NCBI GenBank assembly: GCA_964016885.1
Contig: OZ024740.1
Span: forward strand, 401,202,001 to 401,266,000
Length of the DNA stretch: 64,000 nucleotides
Origin: Eledone cirrhosa
Lineage: Eukaryota
Direction of reading: 5' to 3'
A program made the position numbers and the translations under genes. The notes under the pieces were generated by a model. That model was not told the origin of the DNA. It saw only the letters and a program-made list of their open reading frames with translations, and searched no databases. Below are positions 61,801-64,000 of the stretch, in pieces; the first letter of the stretch is position 1, and every line of letters begins with the position of its first letter.

Positions 61801-62520
61801 AGTACAGTATAGAACACTATGTATAATCAGTACAGTATAGAACACTATGTAGAATCAGTACAACATAGAACACCATGTAGAATCAACTAAAAACAGAACA
61901 TTACATAGAATCAGTACAACATAGAACACTATGTAGAATCGGTACAACATAGAACACTATGTAAAATCAGTACAACATAGAACACTATGTAGAATCAGCA
62001 CAGCATAGAACACTATGTAGAATCAATACAACATAGAACACTATGTAGAATTAGTACAGTATAGAACACTATGTAGAATCAGTACAGTATAGAACACTAT
62101 GTAGAATCAGTACATCATAGAACACTATGCATAATCAGTACAGTATAGAATACTATGTAGAGTCAGTACAGTATAGAACACTATGTAGAATCAGTACAGT
62201 ATAGAACACTATGTAGAATCAGTACAACATAGACCACTATGTAGAATCAGTACAGTATAGACCACTATGTAGAATCAGTACAGTATAGGACACTATGTAG
62301 AATCAGTACAGTATAGAACACTATGTAGAATCAGTACAGTATAGTACACTATGTAGAATCAGTACAACATAGAACACTATGTATAATCAGTACAGTATAG
62401 ACCACTATGTAGAATCACTAAAACATTGAACACTATGTAGAATCAACACAACATAGAACACTATGTAGAATCAGTACACTATAGAACACTATGTAGAATC
62501 AGTACAACATAGAACACTAT
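57180..62520 (+). repeat. Higher-order duplication with offset 2,828 bp
   Basis: CGCTAGG 57391/60219, CACTCTGT 58483/61311, GCATAATC..GAATACT 59301/62129. Confidence 0.85.
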
Positions 62521-62719
62521 GTAGAATCAGTACAACATAGAACACTATGTAGAATCAGTACAGTATAGAACACTATGTAGAATCAGTACAGTATAGAACA
62601 CTATGTAGAATCAGTACAGTATAGAACACTATGTAGAATCAGTACAACATAGAACACTATGTATAATCAGTACAGTATAGACCACTATGTAGAATCACTA
62701 AAACATTGAACACTATGTA

Positions 62720-64000
62720 GAATCAGTACACTATAGAACACTATGTAGAATCAGTACAACATAGAACACTATGTAGAATCAGTACAACATAGAACACTAT
62801 GTAGAATCAGTACAGTATGGAACACTATGTAGAATCAGTACAGTATAGAACACTATGTAGAATCAGTACAGTATAGAACACTATGTAGAATCAGTACAAC
62901 ATAGAACACTATGTATAATCAGTACAGTATAGACCACTATGTAGAATCACTAAAACATTGAACACTATGTAGAATCAACACAACATAGAACACTATGTAG
63001 AATCAGTACAGTATAGACCACTATGTAGAATCAGTACAGTATAGGACACTATGTAGTATCAGTACAGTATAGAACACTATATTGCATCAGTACAACATAG
63101 AACACCATGCAGAATCAACTAAAAATAGAACATTACGTAGAATCAGTACAACATAGAACACTATGTAGAATCAATACAATATAGAACACTGTGTATAATC
63201 AGTACAGTATAGAACACTATGTAGAATCAGTACAACATAGAACACTATGCATAATCAGTACAGTATAGACCACTATGTAGAATCACTAAAACATTGAACA
63301 CTATGTAGAATCAACACAACATAGAACACTATGTAGAATCAGTACACTAAAGAACACTATGTAGAATCAGTACAACATAGAACACTATGTAGACTCAGTA
63401 CAACATAGAACACCATGTAGAATCAGTACAGTATAGAACACTATGTAGAATCAGTACAGTATTGAACACTATGTAGAATCAGTACAACATAGAACACTAT
63501 GTAGAATCAGCACAGCATAGAACACTATGTAGAATCAATACAACATAGAACACTATGTAGAATTAGTACAGTATAGAACACTATGTAGGTTCAATACATT
63601 ATAGAACACTATGTAGAATCAGTACATCGTAGATCACTATGTAGAATCAATACAACATAGAGCACTATGTAGAATCAGTACAGTATAGAACACTATGTAG
63701 AATCAGTACAGTATAGAACACTATGTAGAATCAGTACAACATAGAACACCGTGTAGAATCAGTACAATATAGAACACTATGTATAATCAGTACAGTATAG
63801 AACATTATGTAGAATCAGTACAACATAGAACACTATGTAGAATATGTACCACATAGAACACTATGTAGAATCAGTACAGTATAGAACACTATGTAGAATG
63901 AGAACAATATAGAACACTATGTAGAATCAGTACAACATAGAACACTATGTAGAATCAGAACACTATAGAACACTATGTAGAATCAGTACAGTATAGAACA
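62720..64000 (+). repeat. Further copy of block about 54820-56100 (offset 7,896 bp)
   Basis: TATGG 54920/62816, TATTGCATC 55184/63080, CTAAAG 55451/63347, AATGAGAACAAT 56001/63897. Confidence 0.85.

Larger units (their letters stand above)
1..64000 (+). repeat. 28-bp tandem satellite array, consensus TAGAACACTATGTAGAATCAGTAC(AGT/AAC)A, about 2,290 monomers, open at both window ends
   Basis: AACACTATG recurs at 1 and 29, and the 28-bp period holds to 64000. Minor length variants are 27 bp (CAGTAAGTA), 29 bp (TGTTTAAATC) and an 8-bp truncated unit. The + strand is A-rich (12-13 A vs 6-7 T per monomer). Each consensus monomer carries GTAC (RsaI) and GAATC (HinfI). Confidence 0.99.

Noticed and set aside
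1-64000. CRISPR-like array (28-bp repeat with a short palindrome)
   Set aside because: Repeats abut directly with no unique spacers, the variable slot is 2-3 nt with few states, and there is no leader or cas gene.
1-64000. Repeat-protein coding sequence
   Set aside because: The 28-bp period is not a multiple of 3 and both strands carry TAG in each monomer, so frames close within a few monomers.
1-64000. Telomerase-type telomeric repeat
   Set aside because: There is no G-rich strand, and kb-scale duplications of variant patterns point to recombination-based amplification instead of templated addition.
1-64000. A single regular higher-order repeat period
   Set aside because: The offsets found (336, 1,655, 2,573, 2,828, 3,776, 7,896, 10,050, 15,597) are local and share no common unit above the monomer.

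Overview
The whole 64 kb window is one AT-rich (about 32% GC by consensus) tandem satellite array of roughly 2,290 copies of a 28-bp monomer, consensus TAGAACACTATG-TAGAATCAGTAC(AGT/AAC)A. I see no unique sequence, gene, RNA gene, CRISPR array or mobile element. It looks like eukaryotic satellite DNA, but I cannot name the organism or family. Rare variants, used as barcodes, show nested near-identical duplications with offsets of 2,573, 15,597, 3,776/3,971, 1,655, 10,050/10,479, 2,828 and 7,896 bp. The one strand anomaly is a 116-bp inversion (24125-24240). Both its breakpoints fall on a 6-bp inverted repeat (ACATAG-AACA-CTATGT) built into the monomer, so it creates two long palindromes. The single ORF provided is a chance read-through caused by one SNP. 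All offsets were derived by eye from marker positions and block boundaries are approximate.
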